Position numbers and translations under genes: made by a program. Source: Candidatus Heimdallarchaeota archaeon (GTDB lineage: Archaea; Asgardarchaeota; Heimdallarchaeia; Heimdallarchaeales; Heimdallarchaeaceae). Taken from it: a stretch of DNA of 38,124 bases. Location: the NCBI GenBank assembly GCA_019057815.1, contig JAHLWR010000030.1, forward strand, positions 1 through 38,124. Reading direction: 5' to 3'. Each line of letters opens with the position of its first letter. Within the stretch, counting starts at the first letter, position 1. Under the pieces are notes generated by a model, which worked only from the letters and a program-made list of their open reading frames with translations, was not told the DNA's origin and searched no databases. This document shows, piece by piece, positions 1 to 9,387 of the stretch.

Positions 1-157
1 TACTATTCCACTGGAACTGAAGGTTGTTTTTTGAGTACTCTTCCAATATATTCCACCTTATTGTAAACTCTCCCCGTTTAAACCTTCCAGCTTATGTGGT
101 CTTGTTCAATAGGATATTCAATAGATAAAGTCCCAAAGCTATAGTTTTGTTTATTTT

Positions 158-547
158 CTAAAAAGCTTTTGAATTTATCTTCCATCCTTTTTTCATGCGT
201 TTTATTTCACCATTTTCTATTAACTTGTTAAATTTTTGAATCATTAATTTTCCAATACCTGTATCCTTAAGCAATTTACCATCAGTTAAAGCTTCCCAAA
301 CGATTGTTTGTCGATTTTCTATTGCGTTTTTAAATTGCTTTTTTGTCAAAACAAATGGTTGTACAAGTCCTACTGATAAAGAATATGCATTTTGATGTCT
401 TTCAAACCAATCTCTCCCCATATCATCAGATACAATAAGCACATCAATATCACTTCGATAATTATCTAGACCTTTTACTACTGACCCAAATAGTATTAAT
501 ACTTCAATATTATATTTTGCTAGAAGTTTTTCCATAAAATATTCCAT
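158..547 (-). CDS. Minimal nucleotidyltransferase (MNT), antitoxin-like partner of the upstream HEPN
   Basis: Motif LFGS-x10-DID (GSVVKGLDNYRSDID). The start is moved from 589 to the ATG at 547 (MEYFMEK), just after the HEPN stop. Confidence 0.88.
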   Translation of the reverse strand: MEYFMEKLLAKYNIEVLILFGSVVKGLDNYRSDIDVLIVSDDMGRDWFERHQNAYSLSVGLVQPFVLTKKQFKNAIENRQTIVWEALTDGKLLKDTGIGKLMIQKFNKLIENGEIKRMKKGWKINSKAF

Positions 548-548
548 C

Positions 549-953
549 TTATGAATCTTTGGATGATTTGGTAATTTTACGTTTAACAAAACTTAAAACC
601 TCCTCTGTATCTTTGAGTGCGTTTTTTGCTTGTAATAAGGTAAATTTCTCAGCTGGAGCCCCTGAAGAAAACGCATCAGGATATCTCGTCGGGATATAAT
701 ATAGATTTAAACGTGCGCATGCTTCCATGACAGGATCAGAAATTATTACAAGACTGTTTAAAACATCAACTAAATCCAGAAGATCATGACCCCAAGTTGG
801 AGTATCTTTGAATTCAAGTAGAGCTTTTAATCCCTTTTCAGCAGCTTGATGTGCGATGAAACAAACCCAAGAATAACTCTCATTCGTAATAAGAGCCTTA
901 GCTGTTTTCAAGTCAAATTCAGCTTGTTTCAACCAGTCTTTGGATCGTTCCAT
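549..953 (-). CDS. HEPN domain protein (COG2250-type)
   Basis: W..QAEFDL..A, CF.AHQAAEK.LKA, WGHDL and YIPTRYPD motifs; adjacent to MNT. Confidence 0.9.
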   Translation of the reverse strand: MERSKDWLKQAEFDLKTAKALITNESYSWVCFIAHQAAEKGLKALLEFKDTPTWGHDLLDLVDVLNSLVIISDPVMEACARLNLYYIPTRYPDAFSSGAPAEKFTLLQAKNALKDTEEVLSFVKRKITKSSKDS

Positions 954-1215
954 AATTTATTTTAAGGATTATAAGATAAAAGTAATTTGGTTTTGAATAC
1001 TGTTATTAGATTTATTTTCACTAATTCTGAAATACTCAATCTGGAGACATCGCTTACTTTTTTAATTCATAGCTAAAAAAATCTTAATATCACTTCTTGT
1101 TCAAATACAATTACTTTTACAGGATTTATAAAACAAAAATGAATGCTTTTTTACAGTACGAGACTAGAACTATACCAGAGATATATTAAAAGGTAAAATG
1201 TAATATCACAGAGTT

Positions 1216-2544
1216 TCAAGCTTTCCCTAATTTCTTTTTTGAAAGATCGTAAAACCGAAACATTACAATAATTCCAAGTGCAAAACAAACAGCTGGTACA
1301 CCAATCATTAAAATCTTTATTCCAGTCAGAGCTAAGTTGGTTTGGCTTAATGATTCAGGATTGTATCCCGTTATCGCTAATATTATTGAAATTAAAGCAG
1401 ATTCAAATATTAGTGCTATTCTAACGAAAAACCCGTAAAAACCAAAAAATAACCCTTCTCTTCTCTGTTGGTTTTTTTGATAATCATCATCAATTACTTC
1501 TGAAAGTAGAACTTCAGGAACTAGAAGAAGACCGGCTAAAGGTACACCAACTATCCCCATAACAATATACACAACTATAATATTTGCACTGAAAATTAGA
1601 GGAATAAGAGCTATAGAAAAAATAATTGAGCTTATTATAAAAACTGCTTTTGAGCCTATCTTTAATGAAAGTCTTGCCCAAAAAAAGAAAGCCAGAGCAG
1701 CAGCACCTATCCCAATTCCATATAAAATACTCTCATTTTCAGCTGTTTTGACCAACACCCATTTGTTATAGTACGGCAACATTGCTAACAACGTAAGATA
1801 TGCGACATTTGCCAGTCCAAACGCTACTAGAAATGAAATAAGGTTTTTATTTTTCAACACTTCTCCTAACATCTTTTTGTAACTTTTTGATTTTTTAACT
1901 GGTTCTAGTTCGCTTTTTGCATCTCTACAACCATATAAAGACAGTGTAAAACCTAGGAGAATAAATCCAGAAATAATAAGAATTGCTTTGCGATAAGAGT
2001 ATAAATTATCATATTCAAATATTAAAGGAGCAACTACCACAGCTAGTACAACACCAATTAGAGAAATCATTTGTCGAAGAGCTGACACATAGTTTCTTTC
2101 TTTAGAGGTTTTAAACTTCTCAGGAAATAGAGAGTGCCAATTGAGAACTACGATTGTATAAAAAGTATCGAAAATTAATAATGTTGTAATCATATATAAT
2201 AATATTAAAATCTGATTCTTGCTATCTACTAACGATTGAGGTATTAACCATATTGCTGCAAAAGCAATTGTTAGAGGAATAAAACCGAAAAGAATGTATG
2301 GAAATCTTCTGCCTAGTCTTGTTCGGGTTTTATCAGAAAGCCAGCCAAATAAGGGATCGTTAATGGCATTCCATATAGCATAAATAGTCATAACTAGTGG
2401 AATATAGGCTAAATTTAATTTTACTTCATCAGTGTAGAAATTAAATACCCTAGTATTAAAGAAATTAATCAAAGTTGCTCCTGAAATAGTTAAGGAACTG
2501 TAGGAGAGCATCATTAGCTTCTTTCTGTTGGTCTTCTTTCTCAA
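1216..2544 (-). CDS. MFS transporter, GPH/MelB-like sugar:cation symporter
   Basis: WNAINDPLFGWLSDKTRTRLGRRFPY and EVIDDD...RREGLFFG motifs; about 12 hydrophobic segments. Confidence 0.9.
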   Translation of the reverse strand: MRKKTNRKKLMMLSYSSLTISGATLINFFNTRVFNFYTDEVKLNLAYIPLVMTIYAIWNAINDPLFGWLSDKTRTRLGRRFPYILFGFIPLTIAFAAIWLIPQSLVDSKNQILILLYMITTLLIFDTFYTIVVLNWHSLFPEKFKTSKERNYVSALRQMISLIGVVLAVVVAPLIFEYDNLYSYRKAILIISGFILLGFTLSLYGCRDAKSELEPVKKSKSYKKMLGEVLKNKNLISFLVAFGLANVAYLTLLAMLPYYNKWVLVKTAENESILYGIGIGAAALAFFFWARLSLKIGSKAVFIISSIIFSIALIPLIFSANIIVVYIVMGIVGVPLAGLLLVPEVLLSEVIDDDYQKNQQRREGLFFGFYGFFVRIALIFESALISIILAITGYNPESLSQTNLALTGIKILMIGVPAVCFALGIIVMFRFYDLSKKKLGKA

Positions 2545-2617
2545 AATACTCTATTTGATTCGCTCTTTTATAAAAGACTTATGTCTTTTTAAAAACAACT
2601 TTAATTACGAAAACCAG

Positions 2618-2983
2618 CTATTTTTGCACTTCAGCTATGGAAACTGAACATAGAATCTTATCAGGAGAGTAAGCGACTTGATATTTTTCATCTAAATCCA
2701 TAATAAGAAGTAATTCCATGTAAAGTGTTCTTAGTTTTATCATATTCAAATCTAGTAAATTGAATGTTCTATTGCTTAACTTATCCATAACATCCATATT
2801 AAAACTGAAAGATTGATCTTCTGATAGATATTTAGCTATTTCTTTTCGCCAACTGGGACCAAGTCTAATTTTATCTGATTTATAGATTTCTAAAATAAAA
2901 CTGTCAGTTTCAACTATCCGTTTTCCATTTAAGAAAAGAAGTTCCGCAATCTCATAGATTTCTTTCTGGAATCTATTCATCAA
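2618..2983 (-). CDS. Hypothetical protein
   Basis: 121-aa non-overlapping ORF with a TTTA-rich element upstream; no motif recognised. Confidence 0.6.
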   Translation of the reverse strand: MMNRFQKEIYEIAELLFLNGKRIVETDSFILEIYKSDKIRLGPSWRKEIAKYLSEDQSFSFNMDVMDKLSNRTFNLLDLNMIKLRTLYMELLLIMDLDEKYQVAYSPDKILCSVSIAEVQK

Positions 2984-3240
2984 TGACTAGACAGCACGAT
3001 GTTATTTAAACCTATAAAATAATATTTGACAGGTGTTTTTAGTTAAGGTAATTAAAGACAAGGAAGAAGAAAAGATACTTCATCTTCTTTTTTTTTTCGT
3101 CTTACTAGTATTATTTGCAAAACAACAAATAACAGGAATAATTGGATACATGAAATATTAATTAGTGGGCTCCATCACTTTTTTTGTATAGTTTTATATA
3201 ACAAGATAAGCAAAATATTCTCAACAAAGAATGTGATATA

Positions 3241-3729
3241 ATGAGTAAAACATTGATAGCTTATGGAACAAGATTTGGAGCAACAGCTAAATCATCTGAA
3301 GTAATAGCTGAAGTGCTCAAGGAAAAATTCAACCATGAGGTTGACGTAATTAATCTTAAAGAACAAAAAGAGAGTTTAGATCTTTCAGTTTACGATATTA
3401 TTATTGTTGGTTCAAGTATTGCTAAGTTTAGCTGGACAAAACAAGCTAAGAAATTTCTAAATAGTGATTTCACTGGTAAAAAACTTTTTGTTTTCATCTC
3501 TTCAGCAGGAATCACGTACCCAGCTTTAGAAAAGGGTAATATGGAAAAGTATGAGAAATGGAAAAGGAGATTTCTTGATAGAGTTGTAAAGAAAAATGCT
3601 AATGTAAAACCCTCTTCCACAGCTGTCTTTGGCGGTTGGATAAAAAGAAATGGTCAGATGAAAATTAGCAATTGGAAAGAGGAAGATGCAGTAAATTGGG
3701 CTGAAGAAATAGGAAAAAGCATTTCATAA
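3241..3729 (+). CDS. Flavodoxin-domain protein (HemG/Flavodoxin_5-like)
   Basis: LIAYGTRFGAT FMN-binding loop, YDIIIVGSSI, FGG and a C-terminal W...WAEEI. Confidence 0.85.
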   Translation: MSKTLIAYGTRFGATAKSSEVIAEVLKEKFNHEVDVINLKEQKESLDLSVYDIIIVGSSIAKFSWTKQAKKFLNSDFTGKKLFVFISSAGITYPALEKGNMEKYEKWKRRFLDRVVKKNANVKPSSTAVFGGWIKRNGQMKISNWKEEDAVNWAEEIGKSIS

Positions 3730-3751
3730 AAAAACATAATGAATTGTAATA

Positions 3752-3901
3752 TTAAGCTTTAAAGAAGAATAATAGGTGAATCTTTGTATAAGTCGTTTCT
3801 ATGTCTTTTAATAAAACTAAAGCAGCAGAAAAATCACTCTTCAGAATTAATTCCTTGGCTCTATCTATGCTCATATCTATACCAGTATTTTCTTGATTCA
3901 T
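3752..3901 (-). pseudogene. 49-aa ORF, possibly a truncated N-terminus of a TPR protein
   Basis: Hand translation gives MNQENTGIDMSIDRAKELILKSDFSAALVLLKDIETTYTKIHLLFFFKA*. The helix pattern resembles the first helices of the TPR protein at 12742-14655. Confidence 0.35.
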
Positions 3902-4037
3902 ATAATTTATTTATTCTGTGCTTAAAACATTTGTGAGAAAAAAAGGAAGAACTAGTTAAAATCCCTAGAAACAACAATCTAGCAGAGATTATTCGAAAAT
4001 GGTTTTAGAATGACTTCTGAAATCCAGAAAATCAATC

Positions 4038-4727
4038 TTATTCTTTGAAGAAATCAGCTAGATACGTTTGTTTAAACCGTTTCTTTCCTTTTCTAATTTC
4101 TATATCATTAGCGTTCTTAACTTGAGGTATTTTACCATTAGTTTGCTCAATGTTTGAATTAAGTTCAATATGATAATATGAAACTCCTGCTCTTTCTAGA
4201 GAATCAATAGCTTTTGATCTAACATGTTCATTATTGTAATGTGCAGCAGCCATTAAGGGTGCTACTGCTCCAGAATCGTCTAAATCTTTCAGAACACTAA
4301 TTAGTTGTTTTAATGCAGGTTTCCCTATATTTTCTAAAGCATAGACAGCGTATTCTCTTATTATCTCATCTTCTTTTTCGTCCATAAGAGTTGAAATTAA
4401 GGAATTTACTGCTTGAGTATCACCTATTTTTCCTAAAGTTTCTACTGCACAAATTCTTATGGACGAATTATTATTCCCCAGCTCATCTATAAGCGGTCGA
4501 ACTGCAAGTTTTCCTATTTTCTCTAAAGCTTTTGCAGCTAAATATCTTAAATCTTTATCTTCAGCTCGAAGTACTTGAATCAACGGAAAAACAGCTGGTT
4601 TACCAATTTTACAGAGACTTGAGATTGCTTTAGGGTATGTCTGAATGTCTTTTTGCTTCAACGATGTTATTAAATTAGAGATTGAAGCAATGTCATAATT
4701 CTTATCTAATCTATCTTCTGAATTCAT
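4038..4727 (-). CDS. HEAT/PBS-lyase repeat protein with a C-terminal PIP-box-like motif
   Basis: Repeated units such as IR..AVETLGKIGDTQAVNSLI and LR..AAKALEKIG; ends KKRFKQTYLADFFKE. Confidence 0.88.
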   Translation of the reverse strand: MNSEDRLDKNYDIASISNLITSLKQKDIQTYPKAISSLCKIGKPAVFPLIQVLRAEDKDLRYLAAKALEKIGKLAVRPLIDELGNNNSSIRICAVETLGKIGDTQAVNSLISTLMDEKEDEIIREYAVYALENIGKPALKQLISVLKDLDDSGAVAPLMAAAHYNNEHVRSKAIDSLERAGVSYYHIELNSNIEQTNGKIPQVKNANDIEIRKGKKRFKQTYLADFFKE

Positions 4728-4869
4728 TGAAACCCCAAAGTGTAAACGCGATTTTATAACGGTACTTCATATATCTGATATATAAACCCTAGCTACTAAC
4801 ACGAATTATTTATTTGTCGGGTATACCTTCAGCAGACACTGAAGAATTTGGAGTTTGTTGATAATTGTT

Positions 4870-5553
4870 TTACTTTAGTGCTTTCTTTAGGGGCAATATT
4901 AAATTCCAAGCCAGATATTCACCACTAAATAATTCTTCCTCCAATTCACTTGTTAGTAGTTCTGAATTAACATCTGTAGAAAAATTAGTCATATATTTTT
5001 CATAGAGTGGTAATGTTTTATTACTTAGAGGAACAAATTTAATTGAAACGCCTAATTCTTTAATCCATCTTAAAAAAGTCTGATAATCAGGTAGGGACAG
5101 ATCCTGTTTTGCTTCTTTGAATCTATCAATATACTTAGTGATAATTCCAATACTGTTTTCTAAGATGAAGAAAGCCGAGTTTACCATCGAGATAAGAAGA
5201 TTAAACGTACTTTTTCGCTCTTCAGCTGATAATTTATCCATTTTTTCTGGTGAAGTCAATATTTGAATATCACGGAAGATTGTTTTTCTTTGAATAACAT
5301 AATATTTTGATTTAGTTGAAGAATCTTGACGATATTCTTTTACTAACCCAGCAACTATCATCTCTTGCAAATCTCTATGAATTGTAGTTTTGCTCTTTCC
5401 AGTAAACTTACTTAGTTCAGTAAGACTTAATTCTGGATAGACTAACAAATTTAAGAATATCTGAAAGCGGCTTTTTTTAGATAGAATCTCTGTCAAATTT
5501 TCTTCATTTTCTCCATTAATAATATCATTGATATCAGCTTTCTTAGGACACAT
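4870..5553 (-). CDS. Winged-helix (ArsR/TrmB-like) transcriptional regulator
   Basis: SRFQIFLNL...LSLTELSKFTGKSKTTIHRDLQEMIVAGLV, wing ending KYY; divergent from the ABC operon. Confidence 0.85.
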   Translation of the reverse strand: MCPKKADINDIINGENEENLTEILSKKSRFQIFLNLLVYPELSLTELSKFTGKSKTTIHRDLQEMIVAGLVKEYRQDSSTKSKYYVIQRKTIFRDIQILTSPEKMDKLSAEERKSTFNLLISMVNSAFFILENSIGIITKYIDRFKEAKQDLSLPDYQTFLRWIKELGVSIKFVPLSNKTLPLYEKYMTNFSTDVNSELLTSELEEELFSGEYLAWNLILPLKKALK

Positions 5554-5575
5554 TAAATAGAGCTACATCAATAGA

Positions 5576-5634
5576 TTTATAAACTTTTCATTTGACGTGT
5601 TATATGAAGTTTCATTTTAATGTGTCAAAAGAAA
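5576..5634. promoter_or_regulatory. TATA box (TTTATAAA) plus a long imperfect palindrome, candidate operator
   Basis: TTTATAAA at 5576-5583 lies 23 nt from the wHTH ATG (leaderless spacing). TTTGAC (5591) pairs with GTCAAA (5629), centred on ATGAA-GT-TTCAT. Confidence 0.55.
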
Positions 5635-5661
5635 CATCAATTAGATGTGGAGTGATAAAAA

Positions 5662-6630
5662 ATGAGTGAAATCGTCGTTGAAACTCAAGGATTAACAAAA
5701 AAGTATGATGGGTTTTATGCTGTTAACGGATTGAGCTTGAAAATTAACGAATCAGAGATTTTCGGTCTTTTGGGTCCAAATGGGGCAGGTAAAACAACAA
5801 CTGTAAGATTACTAACTGGAATGCTTGAACCTTCTTCAGGTAATGCATCAGTTTTAGGATTGAACAGCGTAACTCAGTCTAATAAAATTAGAGAGAGAGT
5901 AGGAATTCTTACAGAAACATCTTCTTTATATCAAAGATTAAGTGTTCGAGACAATTTAGATTTTTTTGCAAAAGTTCATGATATTCCAAAAGAAGAGAGA
6001 GATTTGAGGATTAAGAACTTAGTAAAGCAATTTGACATAGCTGACAAGGAAAATGAAGCTGCTGGAAAATTATCTAAAGGAATGCGACAAAAGGTTGCAA
6101 TTGCTAGAGCTATTATTCATTCACCTGAAATGCTTTTCTTAGATGAACCAACAGGATCACTATCACCTGAAGCTGCAAAAATGGTTAGAGATCTAATAGT
6201 TAATTTAACTAAGAATGAGAACAGAACTGTTTTCATTAATACCCATAATCTCAGTGAAGCCGAGAAATTATGTTCAAGAGTAGGCATTTTAGAAAAAGGG
6301 ATTTTAATTGCTATTGGAAAACCTTCAGAGCTTAGATCATTATTACATTCTGATGTTGTTACAGTCTTCAGATTCAAAAAATGGGATAAACAAATATCTG
6401 ACTATTTTAGCACTAGTTCAATAAAAATTGCTGATGAGGATAAAGAGCGATTATCTGTAACATTGAAGCTTGAGAATATTGAAGAATCTACTCCAATAAT
6501 AATCAAAGACTTATCGAGATTAAATATAGACATTACTGAAGTTAGACATAATCGACCTGATTTAGAACAAATTTACTTAGAGTTAGTTAATGGTGATAAT
6601 CACCAAGATGAAATGGAGGAATCAAAATGA
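5662..6630 (+). CDS. ABC-2 type exporter, ATP-binding subunit
   Basis: Walker A GPNGAGKTT, signature LSKGMRQ, Walker B LFLDEP, H-loop TH. Confidence 0.95.
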   Translation: MSEIVVETQGLTKKYDGFYAVNGLSLKINESEIFGLLGPNGAGKTTTVRLLTGMLEPSSGNASVLGLNSVTQSNKIRERVGILTETSSLYQRLSVRDNLDFFAKVHDIPKEERDLRIKNLVKQFDIADKENEAAGKLSKGMRQKVAIARAIIHSPEMLFLDEPTGSLSPEAAKMVRDLIVNLTKNENRTVFINTHNLSEAEKLCSRVGILEKGILIAIGKPSELRSLLHSDVVTVFRFKKWDKQISDYFSTSSIKIADEDKERLSVTLKLENIEESTPIIIKDLSRLNIDITEVRHNRPDLEQIYLELVNGDNHQDEMEESK

Positions 6631-7442
6631 AGTGGAAAAGACTTTGGGCTCTTTCAGTAAAAGATATGAAAGATTATACAAAATCAAAATATATCGTGTT
6701 TTCAATTATAGTATTGCCTTTGGTTATAGGAGCGATAGTTCCTTTACAAGTGATGCTATATTCTGGTTCATTTGGAGCTGGTGATAATAATGAGAGTTCT
6801 GTAATATTCATGGATAATGTTCTATCAAGAACTGTAGATGATTGGGAAGACTTTACAAATCAAGCCAAATCAACTATTACCGTAGGATATATTGTATTAG
6901 TTTTAGTTGCAATGATGCCAATTATCATCACCTCTGTAATCGCTGCAGAGACAATAGCGGGAGAAAGAGAGAGAAAAACGATGGAAGCATTGTTGACTAC
7001 ACCTTTGACTGAGAAAGAAATAGTAACAGGCAAGCTTATCTCATCATTCATTCCTTCATTCATTGCTACTACAGTCGCTATCATCACCTTTTCTATAGTT
7101 ATGGATATTATATTATATCCGTTGATAGGCAGGATTTTCTTTCCTGATCTGATATCGATAATTTTTCTATTCGTAGTAAGCCCAATAATCACAATAATAG
7201 CTGTTGAAGGTTTAATTTTAGTATCCACTAGAGTTTCAACAGTAAGAGACGCTACTCAATTAGGTGGATTACTGCTAATACCACTTTTAATATTGATTGG
7301 ATTACAAGTAGTGTTATTCTTCTACAATACAATACTGGGAATTGTAGTTGGACCAATAGTACTCTTACTCATTGCAGCAGGTCTGTTTAAAATATCAACT
7401 AGTTTGTTTAAAAGAGAAAAAGCTCTTGTCAAACTAGTTTAA
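6627..7442 (+). CDS. ABC-2 type permease
   Basis: IAGERERKTMEALLTTPL motif, six TM segments, ATGA overlap with the ATPase gene. Confidence 0.92.
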   Translation: MKWKRLWALSVKDMKDYTKSKYIVFSIIVLPLVIGAIVPLQVMLYSGSFGAGDNNESSVIFMDNVLSRTVDDWEDFTNQAKSTITVGYIVLVLVAMMPIIITSVIAAETIAGERERKTMEALLTTPLTEKEIVTGKLISSFIPSFIATTVAIITFSIVMDIILYPLIGRIFFPDLISIIFLFVVSPIITIIAVEGLILVSTRVSTVRDATQLGGLLLIPLLILIGLQVVLFFYNTILGIVVGPIVLLLIAAGLFKISTSLFKREKALVKLV

Positions 7443-7443
7443 T

Positions 7444-7464
7444 ATTTTCTTTTTTTTGATTTTC
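7444..7464 (+). terminator. Oligo-T archaeal terminator
   Basis: T-rich run directly after the permease stop. Confidence 0.45.
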
Positions 7465-7525
7465 ATATAAAATTCCCATCCAAATAACATTTTAACCCCT
7501 CTTTCCATATTCTTTGTAAATATCT

Positions 7526-8284
7526 TTAAAATAGTATGAAGAATGTTGTCAGGCACATAATCAAATTGAATGAAGAATGTGCTAGAATTGCGGGGAATAT
7601 GCTCCCACTCTTTTTTCTACATACTGTGAAAAGTATAGATAAAATGAACATAAGTAGAAACCAAACTATTCCAGGACCTACTAGATAGTGTAATGTTGTT
7701 CCTTCTACGACAAATCCAAAATGAAAGATATGAACTAGTGCAAACGCAAAAGAATTAACCAAAGTAGCAATTTTCTCATTAGTTTTTTCTCTGATTGTTT
7801 CATGAATCATTCCTCTAAAGAACAACTCCTCCCCGATAGGACTAAAAATTATTGAAGGGATTGTTGTCATAAAGAATACAGAAACAAATGGCAACAATTC
7901 TCTCATTTCAGGAGATATTACTTGATTTACGATTGAGGTATACCAATGTATGTTGTTCTTAGTAAATAACATACCTACTCCCAGAATAGCTAAAGCTGCA
8001 AAACTGCCTATTAAAACGCCCCATAGCAACCATAAGGGTTTCTCTACTTTTTTTATTCCAATACTTCTTCTCCCATTTTTACTGAAGAAGAAAAAAGGTA
8101 AAATCCACATTAAAATAAATCCTACCATTATTAGTATGCGGATATTCTCTTGACCAAATGCACCAAAACCTCTGATTAAAGCTAGAAAAATATAAAGAAT
8201 AGAAATTAAAATCCAAGATTGCTTGAATACTCTTTGAATATGAGGGTATAGAAGATTCTCTTCAATCTTCAAATTTGTATCCAT
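7526..8284 (-). CDS. CPBP (CAAX/Abi/Rce1-like) intramembrane glutamic protease
   Basis: EELFFRG, FALVH and HSSFN motifs; multi-TM. Confidence 0.92.
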   Translation of the reverse strand: MDTNLKIEENLLYPHIQRVFKQSWILISILYIFLALIRGFGAFGQENIRILIMVGFILMWILPFFFFSKNGRRSIGIKKVEKPLWLLWGVLIGSFAALAILGVGMLFTKNNIHWYTSIVNQVISPEMRELLPFVSVFFMTTIPSIIFSPIGEELFFRGMIHETIREKTNEKIATLVNSFAFALVHIFHFGFVVEGTTLHYLVGPGIVWFLLMFILSILFTVCRKKSGSIFPAILAHSSFNLIMCLTTFFILF

Positions 8285-8359
8285 AGAACAGATGATGCTA
8301 AACTAATATTTAAGAGTGAACAATTAAGAATTTGGAATTCCTCTTTGTAATCTGAACAA

Positions 8360-9196
8360 CTAGATTCCAATTTCTTCTGAATGACAGGTTTTGTTGACTA
8401 TTAGCCAATCCCCATCTATTTTCAAAAATGTTAAATAATCAACAGTTACAGCTCTAAAATTTTCCTTCATGGCTAACCATCTCATTTTCACTACAGCTGA
8501 AGTTCCTAACTGGTCGATTAATTCTATTTGTGTTTTATATGTTACATTAAACTTTTTATATTCTTCAAAAACTTCTTTCCAAACACCAATTGAACGTGTA
8601 TGACATCTGAACTTATTAGTCTCAACATCAACGTTGTTAACTCTAACCTCTGGGTGAAAAACAGCTTTAATTTTTTCTATATCCCATTCATTAAAAGCTT
8701 CAGCGTAAGTTTTAAGCTTTAAAGTTATAAGCTCTAATTCCTGTGGTACATTTCTGTTGGTTTCAGTGTGTTCTTCCTTTATTTTAATAATTTCATCAAC
8801 TGGTTTATCGATGGTGAACCCTGATTTATGAACAATGTTCCATTCTTCACCAAACTTAAGTAGAGTTAGATAATCTGTCGTATCTCTGCTATTCTCCTTA
8901 TCTTCAATTAAAACTCTGAACCTTACATATGCGGCTGTTCCTGATTGATCAATTTTTTCGTCAAATGTAGAATAAATAATCACAAGTTTTTCCTTTTTAT
9001 TCTCAATAAAACTTCTAACCCAACTATAACACATTCCAGATATATATTCTCCTCTCTCAGGAATATACCATGCAATTTTTGCTTCAGGATGAAAAGCTGC
9101 AACGAGCTTAATAATATCCCATTTCTGGAAAGCTTTAGTGTAATTTTGTAGCGTTTTAGTAATCAACTTTATTTCTGATGGGTCATTGATTTTCAC
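8360..9196 (-). CDS. Tandem NTF2-like (lumazine-binding_2 type) protein
   Basis: Two homologous halves, each with WDI.K...AFHPE and DYLT(L/F)LK....W.IV.K. Confidence 0.85.
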   Translation of the reverse strand: MKINDPSEIKLITKTLQNYTKAFQKWDIIKLVAAFHPEAKIAWYIPERGEYISGMCYSWVRSFIENKKEKLVIIYSTFDEKIDQSGTAAYVRFRVLIEDKENSRDTTDYLTLLKFGEEWNIVHKSGFTIDKPVDEIIKIKEEHTETNRNVPQELELITLKLKTYAEAFNEWDIEKIKAVFHPEVRVNNVDVETNKFRCHTRSIGVWKEVFEEYKKFNVTYKTQIELIDQLGTSAVVKMRWLAMKENFRAVTVDYLTFLKIDGDWLIVNKTCHSEEIGI

Positions 9197-9387
9197 CTAT
9201 TAATCACCTTGTTTTACAATACTACAATAGTACTTACTAGAACTCTAAGTATTACATTTTAGATATCATAAGATTTCAATTCTTATTTAAATAGCTCCTC
9301 CATAAACACTAATAAATCTGTTCGAAAGTTCTTTTTTTTATTCTTGCATGGAGTATTATTATAAAAATAGTGAACTTACTTTCTTGG

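Noticed and set aside
1-110. Window start resembling a CRISPR repeat end (…GGAACTGAAG) or a gene remnant
   Set aside because: No second copy or spacer periodicity; translations are short, interrupted and unrecognised.
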